NCBI RefSeq assembly: GCF_046119375.1
Contig: NW_027362771.1
Coordinates: 621,922,001 to 621,986,000, forward strand
Source: Phyllobates terribilis
Lineage: Eukaryota
Direction of reading: 5' to 3'
DNA: 64,000 nt
Numbering within the stretch: the first letter of the stretch is position 1; every line of letters starts with the position of its first letter. The position numbers and the translations under genes are program-made. Below, in pieces: positions 60,374 through 64,000 of this stretch. The notes under the pieces are model-generated. The model saw only the letters and a program-made list of their open reading frames with translations, searched no databases and was not told where the DNA came from.

Positions 60374-61222
60374 CCCCTTCTCAATATATGACGTAGAGGA
60401 GACTATGATTTTCACTATACATAGCAGTGCTTATAGTACAAGAAATCAGATGATCGCTGATTCAGGTCCTTTAACCCTAACAAATACATTGAAAAAAATT
60501 TAAAAATAGGAAAAAAAATACAAAAGTTGAAATCACCTGACTTTAGCCTCATTAAAATAAAGCAATTTAAAAAATGCACATATTCGACAAAGCTATAAAA
60601 TGGAAAATAGATTAACCCGATTGATAAATTATGCAGCGAGAAAAAATAATTGAAATGGAAGAAGTGCAGGATTTTGGCCACTGCAAAATTACAATAAAAT
60701 GTAAATGTAATAATCAAAAAATTATCTCTAAATGGTATCAATAAAAACGTCAGCTTAGGATGCAAAGAAAAAGCTCTCACATAGCTCCATATCCCTGCAA
60801 TTTAAAATGTTATGGATCTCGGAAAATGGCGACACAAGCAAAAATGTTTTTCCTTCCAATTTCGGAATTTTTTCCCCACTTAAATAAAAAAAATAAAAAA
60901 AAATGCATGTTTGGGATCTGCATAACCGTACAGACCTTTAAAATCATATCGCTCGGTCAGTTTTACTATGTAGTTAAAAAAAAATGAAACAAAACAAAAA
61001 ACAATTGTGTAATTGCACTTTCTTTTGCAATTTTAATGCACTTGGAATTTTTTTCCCTCCTTCCAGTGCCTGATAAAATTAATAATGTCATTCAAAAATA
61101 CAATTTTCCCCCAAAAAAACAAGCCCTAATGTACATGGAAAATAAGAAAGTTATGGCTCTTAATGGAAGGGGAGGAAAATAAAAATGAACAATGGAAAAC
61201 AGCCCAGTAATGGAGGGATTAA
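60374..61222. mobile_element. Possible degraded TTAA-type (piggyBac/Kolobok-like) non-autonomous element
   Basis: Degenerate ends TAAA-CCCCTTC and GGAGGGA-TTAA only. Confidence 0.3.
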
Positions 61223-61409
61223 AAATGTGTTTATTTAAAGTTCTTGTAGCTAAGTACAGGTTCTGATCAACTTTTTTTTAAAAAAACTTTTCTAAATATA
61301 GTTAATAAACTTAAGAAATTGTATGTAATAAATACAATATGATACGATGTACAATAGGTAATTTTTTTTTTTCTGTCCACAGAAAAAGAGATTAGAAAAT
61401 TACTGTAAT

Positions 61410-61630
61410 ATGGTTTATATGTATATAACATTCATGAAGATTCTTCTGTCACACCTTATGTCAGTTATCTACTCCATGAGTCAGATGTGTAGATTGCCAC
61501 CTATGTCCATCCAGGAGGGGGTAAGACAACCTGGAGATATCATGATAGGAGTTTTACTACCTATTAACTCTGAAAAGATTTATCAAAAGTTGACATTTGA
61601 TGTCCGGCCACCCAAGACTACCTGTCGATT
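61410..61630 (+). CDS. First coding exon of a second V2R (signal peptide and start of the Venus flytrap domain); remaining exons lie beyond the window
   Basis: Hydrophobic leader, then CRL...EGVRQPGDIMIGVLLP...F...PP...C; phase-2 donor GTAAGT at 61631; upstream T-rich acceptor ending CAG at 61382. Confidence 0.85.
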
Positions 61631-62566
61631 GTAAGTAAGTCCTACTCTTATCATACTGATATATGATATGTTAACATATGCATATCTTAAAGTTAATAAG
61701 ATTCCCTTTGCTTCCCAAAAACATAATCTAGAACAGAATAGAACCACATCATATTTTTTTAGATAGAGGTTTAAGGTTTAAACTCAAACTAATCAATAAT
61801 CATGGGGAAGCTTTAAAGTTTGGGCCAATGTAGTGTCGAAAGGTTTAACTATTATAATAGAATAGGTTTATATAGTGAAATTTAATTTAATAACATACAC
61901 TCTGAAATAATTATAGGAAAAGGGCAAAGAGAAAAGAATCTCCTAAAAGCATTGATGGCTCTCATTACATGGTTTCTAAAAATTGTTTCATATTCACTCT
62001 TTGTTCCAATGTCTTCACAATGTTACAGCTGTTTAATTTCTTAGAAATAGTTATCAGCTAGATTCGCAAAACTATGGCTTCTAAGCAAAGAAGATTGGAT
62101 TTGACAAAATCCAAATTGGCCAAATCATGCGGATTTTCCTGGGAAATTTAATTTACAGCAAAGTTATTCTCCACAAACTGAATGTTCCTTATTATGATCC
62201 AGGATCTTTCTGCAGACTGCAAAACACTTTTTATTCACATATAAACAATGGTAGACCTGATTTGGTCAGGGTGTGGTGCAAGGAGTGTAGAAAAACAACA
62301 GGTTGGTATCCAGGTCAGAAATGAGAGATGGGTCAATGAGGACTGGGCTCCGGCACGAATGAGAAATGTTAAAACACAACTTTTACTCTACAATTAAAAA
62401 CATGGTGAGAAAAATAAAAATTATAAAAAAGAATTAGCATCCATAATCCAAAGTTTCAGGTTAGCGACCCTGATTCATTGTAAATGTAAGATAGAAAACA
62501 ACAAACAAATTTTTTTTTATATAATCCTATAACTACCATCAAAACAAATAATTGAAATACAATTTA

Positions 62567-64000
62567 CAGTACAGACCAAAAGTTTGGACACACCTTCTCA
62601 TTTAAAGATTTTTCTGTATTTTCATGGCTATGAAAATTGTACATTCACACTGAAGGCATCAAAACTATGAATTAACACATGTGGAATTATATAGCTAACA
62701 AAAAAGTGTGAAACAACTTAAAATATGTCTTATATTCTAGGTTCTTCAAAGTAGCCACCTTTTGCTTTGATAACTGCTTTGCACACTCTTGGCATTCTCT
62801 TGATGAGCTTCAAGAGGTAGTCACCGGAAATGGTTTTCACTTCACAGGTGTGCCCTGTCAGGTTTAATAAGTGGGATTTCTTGCCTTATAAATGGGGTTG
62901 GGACCATCAGTTGTGTTGTGCAGAAGTCAGTTGGATACACAGCTGATAGTCCTACTGAATAGACTGTTAGAATTTGTATTATGGCAAGAAAAAGCAGCTA
63001 AGTAAAGAAAAACGAGTGGCCATCATTACGTTAAGAAATGAAGGTCAGTCAGTTTGAAAAATTGGGAACACTTTGAAAGTGTCCCCAAGTGCAGTTGCAA
63101 AAACCATCAAGCGCTACAAAGAAACTGTCTCACATGAGGACCGCCCCAGGAAAGGAAGACCAAGAGTCACCTCTGTTTCTGAGGATAAGTTTATCCGAGT
63201 CACCAGCCTCCGAAATCGCAGGTTAACAGCAGCTCAGATTAGAGACCAGGTCAATGCCACACAGAGTTCTAGCAGCAGACACATCTTTTCAACAACTGTT
63301 AAGAGGAGACTTTGTGCAGCAGGCCTTCATGGTAAAATAGCTGCTAGGAAACCACTGCTAAGGACAGGCAACAAGCAGAAGAGACTTGTTTGGGCTAAAG
63401 AACACAAGGAATGGACATTAGACCAGTGGAAATCTGTGATTTGGTCTGATGAGTCCAAATTTGAGATCTTTGGTTCCAACCACCATGTCTTTGTGCGACG
63501 CAGAAAAGGTGAACGGATGGACTCTACATGCCTGGTTCCCACCGTGAAGCATGGAGGAGGAGGTGTGATGGTGTGGGGCTGCTTTGCTGGTTACACTGTT
63601 GGGGATTTATTCAAAATTGAAGGCATACTGAACCAACATGGCTACCACAGCATCTTGCAGCGGCATGCTATTCCATCCGGTTTGCGTTTAGTTGGACCAT
63701 CATTTATTTTTCCACAGGACAATAGCCCCAAACACACCTCCAGGCTGTGTAAGGGCTATTTGACCAAGAAGGAGAGTGATGGGGTGCTACGCCAGATGAC
63801 CTTGGCCTCCACAGTCACCAGACCTGAGCCCAATCGAGATGGTTTGGGGTGAGCTGGACCGCAGAGTGAAGGCAAAAGGGCCAACAAGTGCTAAGCATCT
63901 CTGGGAACTCCTTCAAGATTGTTGGAAAACCATTTCCGGTGACTACCTCTTGAAGCTCATCAAGAGAATGCCAAGAGTGTGCAAAGCAGTCATCAAAGCA
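62567..64000 (+). mobile_element. Tc1-like DD38E element, defective, running off the window
   Basis: Same TIR as 41032; frameshift just after the ATG at 62981, an early stop, and an extra base near 63820. Confidence 0.93.

Noticed and set aside
61631-62566. V2R exon 2
   Set aside because: No FA(I/V)EEIN or LLPN.TLG-type motif was found before the Tc1.
1938-63542. Remaining 60-130 aa ORFs in the track
   Set aside because: They are antisense or off-frame shadows of transposon ORFs, or translations of tandem repeats and MITEs.

Overview
Vertebrate genomic DNA, most likely a frog (inferred from the repeat families), and almost entirely transposon-derived. It lies in a vomeronasal type-2 receptor (V2R, class C GPCR) cluster: the last 7TM exon of one V2R with a 1-nt frameshift is at 22564-23482, and the first coding exon of the next V2R is at 61410-61630, both on +. 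Around them is a deep nest of elements. These include a decayed Ty1/copia element, several Ac-family hAT elements and MITEs with 8-bp TSDs and internal tandem arrays, CR1 and L2 LINE pieces, V-SINE heads and a probable solo LTR. Tc1/mariner elements occur with three catalytic spacings (DD34E and DD35E with open ORFs, DD38E decayed), plus a Sleeping Beauty-like end. The standout is a young, apparently intact Penelope-like retroelement (48485-54811, minus strand). It has a 1045-aa RT + GIY-YIG ORF, about 1.7-kb near-identical pseudo-LTRs and a 9-bp target duplication. Each pseudo-LTR carries a minimal hammerhead ribozyme with a palindromic loop, and the two predicted cleavage sites would release a 4637-nt unit RNA containing the whole ORF. 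All of this was read by eye; family names and ages need alignment to confirm.
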